Notes under the pieces: generated by a model
What the model was told of the DNA's origin: nothing
The model's database searches: none
What the model saw: the letters and a program-made list of their open reading frames with translations, nothing else
Shown here: piece by piece, positions 10,261 through 22,405 of the stretch
Layout: every line of letters begins with the position of its first letter
Position numbering within the stretch: position 1 is the first letter of the stretch
Program-made: the position numbers and the translations under genes
Assembly: GCA_039621445.1 (NCBI GenBank)
Contig: CP154954.1
Coordinates: 12,332,716-12,396,715, forward strand
Length of the DNA: 64,000 nucleotides
Direction of reading: 5' to 3'
Origin: Euglena gracilis
Taxonomy: Eukaryota

Positions 10261-12497
10261 TAAAGGGCAAATGAGCTAAAATTTGGTTTCCCCCGTCTTT
10301 TGACGATTCTTCGCATCGACGAGACTGGCGAGGCTGAACGACATGATATTTTCTCTTTGGTTGATTGAACAACACCTTCATTCTCAGAAGCAGACATTTC
10401 TGCAAGGGTGACAAAAATCCGGTTCATGATTGTTCGTGATTGTTCGTGATTGTTCGTGATTTTGCCAAAGTCTCAAGTTCGTGCTGGTTCGTGATTGTTC
10501 GTGATTGTTCGTGGCACGAACCGGTGAAAATCCCTGGTTGCTGCTGCTGGTGGTGGTGGTGTATTGTATTGTAAGTTTGAAACTTTTTGGTATTCTGGGA
10601 ATCAAAATCGTCAAAATGATGTTTGGTGGGTTCAAAGAATGATGTTAGGAGGAGCCTGGGCATGGGAACCTCGGCATCGAAGGTGTCGTGGGTGGTACCC
10701 CCGGGCCCACTAAAGACCTTGGCCCAAAACGCTGTTCTTGGTCGGATACCGTGTTTGGGCGAAGATCTAAGACTTTTGCTGTCGCGAAATCAGCCCAAAC
10801 ACGGGTTCGATAAGGGTTTGGTGGGTTAGCAAAAATTCAAAAATCAGACCTTCTGCCGGACTTATGCGGCGGGATTCGCACTGAAGGGTTCTTTAGAATG
10901 GGCGATTTGCGCAAATTCACATTTTTTACGAAATCCCTGGGACCCTGTTCCCTGATACACGGAAAAACAATTTATGAACTGTTGCAACGCCCTATTAGAG
11001 GATCAGCTCCAGGTGGTTTGGTGTGCATGTTGCTTGCCGAGTGACGCGAAGAGGGCTCTTGGATGTCAAACAGGGGGGAAGCACACACCAGCTGTTACGA
11101 CAATTGGTACTGGTGCTGACGTGCTGCCTGAACTGGCTGCGGTACTACAGCCACCCGTCAGGACACACAGAGCGATATTACATCACATACTACATACTGT
11201 GATGGCCAGCCGTCGCACAACTGATGTGTTTGTACCATTTGCATTGTGCACGAAATTTTTGTTTGTGGGTGCATTTGCGTGCACACAACGCAAAACGCTG
11301 AAGTTAAAATGGCATGTCCTTGCTCACTGAAGCGCCCCCAAACAAACTTTGTTTGTGGGCGCAATATGCGCAGCAACATCTTGGGGAAACTTCTATGCGG
11401 ATGGTTTTTGCATGGGCACGAACAACATGATCATGTTAAAGAAGACTGACGATTACCACAACCTAGGAGGTTTTGTGATACGCGTGTTGGTGCGCATATT
11501 TGTGCACACAAACACAGTTTGTTGTGGGTGAAAATGCGCGGACAAACATTTAATCATTCACTTGTTTGTGTGGCGCTATATCTCGTACGAACACACATCA
11601 GTTGTGCGACACCATCTCCTCGTCTGTGACGGCTGGCGAACGCACTTCCGCACGCCAACCGTTGATTTGCACCGTCAATGCGTGGTGATGAAAATTGTGT
11701 GCAATGTTCACTTGAACACGCCATGTGATGGGCGAACGTTTGCCTGACTTCTTTGTGCACGCCCAGTGGTTTTCACGTCATCTGCTTGGCTGATGAGAGT
11801 AATGAATTGATGACGTGCAACGACCAGGGACTGTTCGACGCTTTCTCTGCAACAACATTACGTCACAAAAATTCAAACAAAGGAAGCAGAGTCCTGCTTT
11901 CCCTACTGCGCCAATATTAAAAACAAAAACTCCAAACCCATCACGTTGGGCCGAACACCAAATCCAGAGAGCCCCTCCCCTAAGATGCCCCCTAGACCCT
12001 TCTTGGAAGGTGGGCTGAGGGTTCCAGACCCATCACCCCAACTCTGGGAACCCCACTCACATTGAGACCTGCTCAAAGCCTTCTTCATTTCCAGCTAGTG
12101 AAGAAGCGTTCGAACTTCTTACTAGCAGGTCGACAAGTGGGAGATTTGTCAAACTGTCGCAATCAGGGAAAGCGATAGCCTCACGGGGTCGCCAACTTCA
12201 AACATCAAACTGACAAGGTCAGGTTGGACACACAATCGATTTTACAAAAGAAATTAGAAGTTCATTCCCGCTGGAACAAAAAAAACCACACAAAGACGTT
12301 GTCGCCCCCTCCCATCTCCATTTTGGCCCTGCGCTGTGGTCGGACTTCGCACCCATGGGGACAGTGGCACAAGTGAGGCTTGGAGAACTCTGAGATGGGA
12401 CAGAAAACAGCAAACGGGGTGGCAGGAGGACAAGCAGGGAGAACAGCTGCGCGGCGGCGGGGCCAGCGTTGCTTGCGTCGGCGCAGGGGGGGGCGGG

Positions 12498-12890
12498 CAG
12501 GGTTTGATATAAGAACAGGTGGGGGGGTGGTCCGGACCCCCCCCCTGCGGGCCAGGAGGGGGGGGGGGGGGGGGGGGAAACCCCCCCCACCTAAACAGTG
12601 GCGCGGTCAGGGTGACCGAAAATTTTTGACCCCCAAAAACGACCAAAAGTGCCATTTTGGGCACTTTTTGGGCAAAAATTTGCCAAAAATGCAAAAAAAT
12701 TTTCACAAAGCGCCGGAGGAAAAAATTGACCCTTTTTGGGGGGGTCCCGGGTACCCACCCAGGGTCGGTCCGGACCCCCCTGGCAGGTGGGGGGATGGTC
12801 TGGACCCCCCCTGCGGGCCAGGAGGGGGGGGGGGGGGGGGGGACACCTCCCCCACCTAAACCATGTACGCCCTCCTTATATCAAACCCTG
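12498..12890. mobile_element. hAT-type MITE, copy 2
   Basis: TIR CAGGGTTTGATATAAG / CTTATATCAAACCCTG; 8-bp TSD GGGGCGGG; homologous to 9139-9719. Confidence 0.92.
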
Positions 12891-14304
12891 GGGGCGGGGC
12901 TACCTGTGGGCGAACGGCGACAAAGGGGGAAGAACACCCAGACCCGACGTTCCTTCTGGCCTCATCTCATCCAATGCTGCATTTAGAAGCCACAATTACA
13001 GCCGTGATAAAATATCAATCCGTATGCTGTTAAAATATTATACCGTCAAATGCTATCTGTGCCCATGTGCCCAGACACATCAGCGATGACAGAGATGGGA
13101 TACAGGCCTTTAGGAGGACAGGTCAATGAGCGCAGAAATAGGAGGCAGTTTTGGACGGGTCCATTTCTAAAGACCCAGGGAGGGGGTCAGCCGGCTATAT
13201 GTCATGCCCACAGTTACTGAAAACGTAATTGAAGCTGGCAGTGAGACAGGTATATCAATTTTTTGCGCGCACACACACAAAGTTGAAAATTTGCTTGCTG
13301 GAAAAAAAGGTGTTGGTAGGTTGGGGAGCGGGGTCCAGCCCAGCCCAGGCTTCTGCTCAAGTGTTCGCAGTACCCCGGCTGGACTGCAGCTAGTCTAAAT
13401 TTCACTAATAGACTTCCTGGAGGACCAAAACAGAAAAACGATGGGCACTTTTAGCCGTGTCCATGATTCCACAGGGAAGCAAGTACCCACTTCCCCCAAA
13501 GCAAAGGAAGCAGATTCCTGCTTCCCTAACCAACGCCAAGATGTATATTATATATAACCTCCAAACCCATCACATTGAGGCCGAAAACCAAACCCAAACA
13601 GTTTGGGCACTGTTTGGGACGGAGAAAATTGTACAACAAAGCAAAATGCTTTGTGATTGTGAAAAACCCTGGGTCCAAAGAAATTCATCAGAAAATAGCT
13701 TCGCACAGGAATTGCGTCGTTAACAAACGTTTAGCGCTGTTGAACAAATGTGGGGTGACAGTGTTTCTGGAGGCAGCTCTCCGTAGGCAGTTGCAAAATC
13801 CAGTCGACCACATCAAATATGGTCCAGGTGTTGCAGCGGACGTCAGGAAGGCAAATTACATGTCCAGCAGACATGCTCAGGAAGGAGCACGTAAAGTAGG
13901 CACTGAGATGGCACCAATTTGAATTAATTTTTAGCAGGCATCAGAACACGCCTGGGAATTCTTGTTTTTTCCCCACCTTCGTTGCATCTTCTCATAACTG
14001 GAGCGGACACTGCACATGACAAGCCAAAACCCACCAATAAGTGCACGGATTTCAGGTTTTTGCGACCTGGTTTCAGACTAGCCCTTGAAACCAGGCAGGT
14101 TTCAGAGACCGTCCCTGAAATGCATGGCCCAAGTACAGCCCATAGCAGGGCACTGCGCACTCATCAGGAACTCACCAGAGTGCCTCAAAAAGGCTATTTT
14201 GCATCAACTTTTTCACCCTTCATTTTCCTGAATTTGGGGTATAAACCAAACAAATTCCCGCTGCACTCGAAAGTGTTGAAAAAAAACGGGTCTCCTTGAA
14301 GCCT

Positions 14305-17300
14305 TTTGGTGTTGGTGTTTTCTGTGGGGGGGGGGGGCACTTTTTTGCCTTGTTTTTGTGCCTGAATGGCGCACACTCATTTCGGCACAGCATACAATTA
14401 GGCATTGCCGGCTTGTTAGGAAGGTTCGCAAAGTAAGGCCGAGTATGGGGCCCACCCCATAAACTTGTCATGTTGGGCTGGGGACAAACAATTTTTTATC
14501 GACCTCCGGGGAGGGGGTCACTTCCACTCTTTCAAAAACCTGTCAGTCACTGCCCCCCCCCCCCGCCAGGATCGGTCATTCTGGAATCTAAGGGAAATTG
14601 GCCAATAAATGCGAGGCCAATGGCCGAAAAAAAATTCCCTTTGCCTTCGGCGACAGACCATTTTTGGCGGGTGTTTGCCCTCCAGAGGGGAAGGGGTTTG
14701 GGTCAAAAAGCAGTCAGTCACCACCGACCTCCTCCCCCGCCCCGGGAGAGGAGGGTCAGGCCATGATTGCATGGCTGAGGACCAGACTGCTTCAGCATGC
14801 CACTGGGCAATGGAAGCGCTCGTTGTTGGCGTGGACAGAAAGTTTGGGAAAACGTCCCATGATTCATCCTTGGTATATTCTGAGGAGTGGACAAATCAGA
14901 AAACCAAAGCTGGTGCCTGAACGGACATCCTGCCATTCACAGGGCTTTGAAGGGAGAAAAGGATCAAAGAGCAGTTGCCCAGCAAACTGGTTCTTTGAAG
15001 GTTGTGAGTGGTTGTGATCAGTCAGAAATCATGGGCTCATTTGCAAAAAAAAAGGCATAAAACTGAAATTTCTTGTGATGCCATGTGAAACGAACAAAAA
15101 AAATTCACAAGGCAATGAAACATTGCAATTATCAACCAAATCCGGACAAATATTATTAGTATTAGTAGTAGTAGCATTATTAATCAAATAATGTGGTGGC
15201 TACATGATGGCTACATGTGGTGGCTATATAATCATCATACTGTCGTTGTTGTTGTCGTCCTACTCCTCATTGTTGCTGCTGCTGCTGTTGGTATATTATA
15301 TTGTATGCTTGAAAAAATTTTGGCACCCTGGGAATCAAGTATCAAGACGACGTTAGGCGGCTTCAAAAATTTTCTCTGTTACAAACTGTGTTTGGGCCAA
15401 TTGTTAGGGGGAGCCTGGGGATGGGAACCGCGCCGCCGAAGGCGTCGCGGCCGGTCGCCTCCGGCACCCCTAAAAACCTTGGCCCAAAACGCTGTTCTTG
15501 TTCTGATACCGTGTTTGGGCGAAGACCTAAGGCTTTTGCTGTCTCAAAAATCAGCCCAAACGCGGGTTCGATAAGGGTTTGGTGAGTTCACAAAAATTCA
15601 AAAATAAGACCCTTTGCTGGAGAGATCCACCAACAGGCCTTTGAGAACTAGCATTGCTGACACAATGAGAATATAAGTGTACCCTCGACCAAATCTGCAA
15701 CTTGTCCGAGCTTTTCCCACACATGAAAACAAGTCGTCCAACAGCAGTTGGGCCGTATGGTACGGTCTATTTTTCTGAAACACATTGTTTTTGGCTGGCC
15801 AAGGGAAGGGGGAGGACTGAGGCCAGGGTTTGGTGTTCAGTCACCAGGGGTGGTTGGAGCGTCACAAATCGAGAGGGTTGAGGGACACTCCGTCAGGCAG
15901 TTTTTTACCAACCCCGGGGGGGAGGGGGGTTCGGAGTGCCTATAAGTGCAGGCCCAGGCAGGCACTACCCCCCCCCCCGGGGTCGGATTTCGGCCTGTGC
16001 CCAGGCAATTTGGTGTTGGTGTTTTCTGTGGGGGGGGGGGGACCTTTTTTGCCTTGTTTTTGTGCCTGAATGGCGCACACTCATTTCGGCACAGCATACA
16101 ATTAGGCATCAGCGGTGTCGGAACAATTTTTTCCCGGGGGGGGCGAGGAACCGACAAAATTTGGAGCACATCTTTTTTTTCCCCGGCGCGAAGCGCCGAG
16201 GAAAATTTTTTTCATGGCACAACCAAAATGTACTTTTTTCTGTCCCCCTGGCCCTGAAGGGGCCGAGACGCTAACGCCTTTTTTGAAGTCCAATGCTCCA
16301 AAAACTTGAGCTAGAAAGCGAAATCATGGGTAGAACCCCTTTGGAAACCTCCCAACTCAACCCAACTGTCGACTTCGCAACCTGGGGGGGGCGAAGAAGC
16401 CATTTTTTTCACTTTGCGCACAATCATTTTTTTTGTTGACCCGAATCCCCGAAACTCGGCTGGTCAAGAAAATGGAGGGAGGGAGACATATGGGGATATC
16501 AGTTTGTATTCAAACAGCCAAGGTGAAAGTGGTTTGTGGGGTCCCAAAAAACAAAAAGCACCAAAGGAGGGGAAAAAAAGTCGGTTTGTGGCCCCGGCGT
16601 TCCTGACGCCGGGTTTTAGGACAGAACCGGCGTCCAGAAAACCCGTGGGGGGGGACGCCGGTTCTGTCCTGAACCCGGCATCTCAAACGCCGGTTTAAAC
16701 ATCAAGAAGTGTCGTGGGTTTTTTTCAAGGATTTTTATTTCGGCCGCCAAAGGCGGCCGAGACGGTAATGGATTTTGCAATTTCATTCTCCAAAAATGTG
16801 CTTTTAACTGGCAAGGTGGCTGCCGAAGGCAGCCGAGACGGTAACGCCCTTTGAACCATTGAACATGGCATTACAAAGAAAAATATCACATTCATGCTGC
16901 AAAAAATCTTTTTCTTTCCAAAATCCCGGGGGGGGCGGCCGCCCCCCCCGACCCCCCCTTGTGACACCTATGTTAGGCATTGCCGGCTTGTTAAGGTTCG
17001 CAAAGTAAGGCCGAGTATGGGGCCCACCCCATAAACTTGTCATGTTGGGCTGGGGACAAACAATTTTTTATCGACCTCCGGGGAGGGGGTCACTTCCACT
17101 CTTTCAAAAACCTGTCAGTCACTGCCCCCCCCCCCCGCCAGGATCGGTCATTCTGGAATCTAAGGGAAATTGGCCAATAAATGCGAGGCCAATGGCCGAA
17201 AAAAAATTCCCTTTGCCTTCGGCGGCAGACCATTTTTGGCGGGTGTTTGCCCTCCAGAGGGGAAGGGGTTTGGGTCAAAAAGCAGTCAGTCACCACCGAC

Positions 17301-18784
17301 CTCCTCCCCCGCCCCGGGAGAGGAGGGTCAGGCCATGATTGCATGGCTGAGGACCAGACTGCTTCAGCATGCCACTGGGCAATGGAAGCGCTCGTTGTTG
17401 GCGTGGACAGAAAGTTTGGGAAAACGTCCCATGATTCATCCTTGGTATATTCTGAGGAGTGGACAAATCAGAAAACCAAAGCTGGTGCCTGAACGGACAT
17501 CCTGCCATTCACAGGGCTTTGAAGGGAGAAAAGGATCAAAGAGCAGTTGCCCAGCAAACTGGTTCTTTGAAGGTTGTGAGTGGTTGTGATCAGTCAGAAA
17601 TCATGGGCTCATTTGCAAAAAAAAAGGCATAAACCTGAAATTTCTTGTGATGCCATGTGAAATGAACAAAAAAAATTCACAAGGCAATGAAACATTGCAA
17701 TTATCAACCAAATCCGGACAAATATTATTAGTATTAGTAGTAGTAGCATTATTAATCAAATAATGTGGTGGCTACATGATGGCTACATGTGGTGGCTATA
17801 TAATCATCATACTGTCGTTGTTGTTGTCGTCCTACTCCTCATTGTTGCTGCTGCTGCTGTTGGTATATTATATTGTATGCTTGAAAAAATTTTGGCACCC
17901 TAGGAATCAAGTATCAAGACGACGTTAGGCGGGTTCAAAATTTTTCTCTGTTACAAACTGTGTTTGGGCCAATTGTTAGGGGGAGCCTGGGGATGGGAAC
18001 CGCGCCGCCGAAGGCGTCGCGGCCGGTCGCCTCCGGCACCCCTAAAAACCTTGGCCCAAAACGCTGTTCTTGTTCTGATACCGTGTTTGGGCGAAGACCT
18101 AAGGCTTTTGCTGTCTCAAAAATCAGCCCAAACGCGGGTTCGATAAGGGTTTGGTGAGTTCACAAAAATTCAAAAATAAGACCCTTTGCTGGAGAGATCC
18201 ACCAACAGGCCTTTGAGAACTAGCATTGCTGACACAATGAGAATATAAGTGTACCCTCGACCAAATCTGCAACTTGTCCGAGCTTTTCCCACACATGAAA
18301 ACAAGTCGTCCAACAGCAGTTGGGCCGTATGGTACGGTCTATTTTTCTGAAACACATTGTTTTTGGCTGGCCAAGGGAAGGGGGAGGACTGAGGCCAGGG
18401 TTTGGTGTTCAGTCACCAGGGGTGGTTGGAGCGTCACAAATCGAGAGGGTTGAGGGACACTCCATCAGGCAGTTTTTTACCAACCCCGGGGGGGAGGGGG
18501 GTTCGGAGTGCCTATAAGTGCAGGCCCAGGAAGGCACTACCCCCCCCCCCCGGGGTCGGATTTCGGCCTGTGCCCAGGCAATTTGGTGTTGGTGTTTTCT
18601 GTGGGGGGGGGGGGGCACTTTTTTGCTTTGTTTTTGTGCCTAAATGGAGCACACTCATTTCGGCACAGCATACAATTAGGCATTGCTGGCTTGTTAGGAA
18701 GGTTCGCAAAGTAAGGCCGAGTATGGGGCCCACCCCATAAACTTGTCATGTTGGGCTGGGGACAAACAATTTTTTATCGACCTC
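14305..18784 (+). repeat. Recent tandem duplication of a ~1.7-kb unit (X-Y-X-Y-X, X ~200 bp)
   Basis: Near-identical blocks (e.g. ORFs at 14470 and 17042). The 2572-bp offset equals 1701 bp plus an 871-bp insertion. Confidence 0.95.
16110..16972. mobile_element. hAT-like non-autonomous element inserted in the middle X copy
   Basis: Perfect 8-bp TSD TTAGGCAT; imperfect TIR CAGCGGTGTC / GACACCTATG; absent from the other two X copies. Confidence 0.9.
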
Positions 18785-19380
18785 TCTTTTGAAAATAGGC
18801 CATTTTTTCTGGCTCCCGGCACCTTCGGCGCCGGAGGGGGGGTGCAGCCTTCTTTAAAAGGAGCCTGGCCAGAGATACCCTATGAGGACTGGTTGGTGGG
18901 GGGCAAGAAAGTTAAAACTCAGCTTTTTGGGATGTGATTCATTATTTACCCAAATATTTGTCGCCATCGCTTTGCTTGAGTGCCCCAGGGCGGGCCACGG
19001 GGATTTCCACTGGCTGCAGCCGAAAATTTGCTAACTACGCCCCCAGGAAGGTCCCAAGGGTCCTCCCAACTGAAACTTCCTGCCCCATAGCACAGGGTAC
19101 CCCCGCCCCCCCAGGGAGGGTGAAACCAAGTGCTGAACTGTCTGGACACATTTAATGTATAAAAATTCAGTTTAGGAAGTGGCTGTTCTTTCCTGAATTG
19201 GATGTAAAAGATGTTTTCATTTGAATTATTTGAAAGCAGCATTTTCTTCTTAGAGCTCATTTATGGTCACAGCATCTGCAACAAAACACCCCTGATGCAG
19301 TTGACGTTATCATTCTGTTGTTGTGCACACAGTTCACCAATGCGGTGGATTTGTGGTTTGGTACATTTTTTTGAATCCAA

Positions 19381-19535
19381 TGATGATGATGATGATGCTG
19401 CTGCTGCTGATGATGCTGATGATGATGATGATGACGATGACGATGACGATGACGATGATGATGATGATGATCGTGGTGGTGGTGGTGGTGGTGGTGGTGG
19501 TGGTGGTGGTGGTGGTGGTGGTGGTGGTGGTGATG
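19381..19535 (+). repeat. (GAT)n/(GGT)n compound microsatellite
   Basis: Direct observation. Confidence 0.97.
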
Positions 19536-21149
19536 ATAATAATATTAATAGTACTAATAAAGCTATTTGATGCAATTATATTTTTGCTCGTTGACGCATC
19601 TTCAATCCAATCTGAAAAGGGTTGCCGCACCAACACTTTTTTTTCAACTGGATGTTATATTCAAGCTTCACTCGACCTGAACCCCGGACAAGCCAGCATC
19701 AGAGGGAACTATTGCTCACCTGGTCTTCTGCCCTCAACACCGCAACAAAATTCTGTCGTTATAAATTCCCTCATCCCAACGCTTCGACCTCCGCATCAGG
19801 TGTGGGATGCATGCTTGCTCAATCTCGGCCAGGGTTTGATTTCGAGGCTGTGTGGGGTCAAGGTATGGAGTGCAGGCTGTATTTTAGTCGGGTGCCGACC
19901 CCACCATGCTTGTGCTTACCAACCGGGGGGGGGGGTGCTATAGGGTGCCTGCCCCTAGCAGGCACCCCCCCGGGGGGGATAGGGGGGGACCCAGAAAATT
20001 TTCATTGAAAATGGCCTTTTCCGGGCCCCCGGCACCTTCGGCGCCGGGGTCGGAGGGGGTGCCTGCTAGGGGCAGGCACCCCCCAAAACCCTACCCCCCC
20101 CCCCCCGGGGGGGGGGGTCGGATCAGGTGCTATGGGGTGCTTGCCCCTAGCACCCCCCCCCGTGGGGTAGGCACCCAACTAAGCACAAGCTTGGACCCCA
20201 CCCCGAGGGGGAGTGCCTGCCTGGGCAGGCACTCCAAGGCACTCCCGATCCGACCCCCCTCCCCCCAGGGGGTAGGGCACACGGCCAAAAGTGCCCTAGC
20301 ACAGACCAGTGGTGCTGTGGACAGGCGGGGGTGGCGTTTTTGACCCCTTCCTGGAGGGGGGGGTCAGGTTTGGGGGGTTAGTGCTGTAGCACACCCACCC
20401 CGCCCTTTTCCAGTTGAAATTGGTTTGGTTGGACGGCACCCAAAACTGAACCAAAATAACCACAGAAATGACGTAAAATGGTTGCAAAAAAATGCAAAAA
20501 AAAGCAGCCCAAGAAACGGCGGACGTGCTCAAAATGACTTAAAATGACCTGAAACGGCCCTCAAAATAGCCAGCAATATCCAAAGATGGTGAAAATGTCT
20601 GAAAACCACCAAACAGACCTAAAATGGCCGGAAATATGAGGAACTTGCTTATTAGAACTAACTCAGCTCAAAATGGCCCGAACTGGCAAAAATTGGTGCT
20701 TCGTGACATGCATTTTCCGCACCACTCCAGATTAATCTAGGCGTTGTGGGCCAAAACAAAAGCAAACCTTCAATGCCCCTCTAGTGAAATTGAAGATTTC
20801 TGTCCCAGTGGAAGGAAAAAAAACTGGTGGAAAAAAAACTTCAGTGGAAGCCTTGGTTCGACCCCATTTCCTGGGAGTAAAAAAAAAACTGGCCAGGGAG
20901 TACATAGGGGACTTGGATGGGGGGCCAACCCAAAATCCCTTGAGGAAGTGACCAAAATCAGCCCAAAATCGAGCATTTTGGGCCCACTTTGGGCAATTTT
21001 TGGCAATTTTTGGGCATGTCCAAATGTAAACCACCCCCAAATATGCCAACAACCCATTTTTGGACCCATTTTGGGTACCCCCATTTTGACCCCCGGGGCC
21101 GATTCGTTGTATTTTTTCTCCCTGAAGGCAGCCCCCTTCCCCACCACTT

Positions 21150-21385
21150 CTGAGGACACTGACCTGGAGCAGTATTGGAAGCTGAGAGTGGTGTCTTGTC
21201 CACAGCTGGCGCAGGTTGCCTTGCGAGTGCTGTCCATTGCTCCAATTGAAGCAGCTGTGGAAAGGGCTTTCAGCCATCTTAAGGTCCTGCATAGCCCGAT
21301 GCGCAACAGTCTGAGTGACAAGTCTGTCCATGCTCTCGTGTTTGTGAGAATGAACGTTGTCCCTCTCGGTGTGATCTCCGTTTGA
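21150..21385 (+). pseudogene. hAT transposase C-terminal dimerisation-domain remnant
   Basis: DLEQYWK...CPQLAQVALRVLSIAPIEAAVERAFS...RNSLSDKSVHALVFVRMN fits the hATC pattern W...P.L..lA...Lsip...ERaFS...R..L...N. Confidence 0.85.
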
Positions 21386-21399
21386 AAAGCAAGCTTCTC

Positions 21400-21545
21400 A
21401 AAAAAAACTCATGAAAAGCAGCTCCTCAAAAAAAAAAAACAGCTCCTCAAAAAAAAAATCAAAAGAAGCTCCTAAAAAAAAAACATCAAAAGAAGCTCCT
21501 CAAAGAGCATCTCAAAAAAAAAAGCTCCTGTAAAAAAAAATAACT
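21400..21545 (+). repeat. Array of AGCTCCT(C) plus oligo-A units
   Basis: About six imperfect copies. Confidence 0.75.
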
Positions 21546-22405
21546 CTCGGAGCATCCAGAGTTGCCGGGGACCCGCCTGAAGAGAAAACCCCGGTCAAAA
21601 AAAAAACAGCAGGGGAGCCGCAAAGCAGGAGCATATAAAGGCGGGGGCCTGTGGTGGCTCACAGGTCAGCATCACAATAATGTGGGGCTGGTGCAGCCTT
21701 TCTTCCTAAAGCCCGGGAGAGCGCCTAACCTTCATTTTTGAACAGTTAACTAGTTAACTAGAGGCCCCAATTATTTAATTGACTGCCCCCCCGACAGTCA
21801 ATTAATTGATCACCCTTGCAGCAGGGCCTGTCGCTGGCCTTGTTTTCTGGGGTGGCCGCCCAACTGGGTGCTCTACTCATAACCAAGGAACTGGGTCACA
21901 CCATTGCTGCCTTTTGAGATGGCCTTCGGTAAGTGACAAGCTTGACCCTGTGCCTCTGGTTTTCCTACACCCTCGCCCACCTCGCGCTCCGTCAAGCGGT
22001 GCTGGCCGTGGCTTCGGCCGGACGTTGCGCTCTCTGCCCCCGTTCTCACTTGTACTACCCTTTTCTCCACCCACCCTCCTCCTCACTCCTTGCACACACT
22101 GTGCCTGGATGGATTCGGTTCGCCCCACCACCGTTTTTACGGCTGGCTGTCTAGTTAGGTCCTACCAGGGAGTTCACGGTGGTGGGGCGAACCGAATCCA
22201 CCGACCAGTGGCACAGCCTACTGGATTTGAGTGTTCGAGGGTGCGAGGCTATATACAACGAAGGAGCGTGGGTCGAGTGGTGAGAGCAAGGGCAAAGCCC
22301 AAGCAGAGAGCGATGATGGGTGGAGAGGTGTGAAGTGTGCATGCGCGGTGGTGTTCTCCGGCTTTGTGGCTCCGGAAAGATGGTGCAACGAGGAGCATTT
22401 TCACC

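Larger units (their letters stand above)
8844..10536. mobile_element. Non-autonomous DNA transposon (hAT- or P-like) with nested MITEs
   Basis: Imperfect 23-bp TIR CAGGGTTTACCACCGGTTCGTGC / GCACGAACCGGTGAAAATCCCTG; GTTGCTG duplicated on both flanks; GATTGTTCGT subterminal repeats; homologous empty sites near 15270 and 17840. Confidence 0.8.

Noticed and set aside
13530-13700. GIY-YIG endonuclease remnant (MYIIYNLQT...)
   Set aside because: The second YIG motif and the R/E residues are not recoverable.
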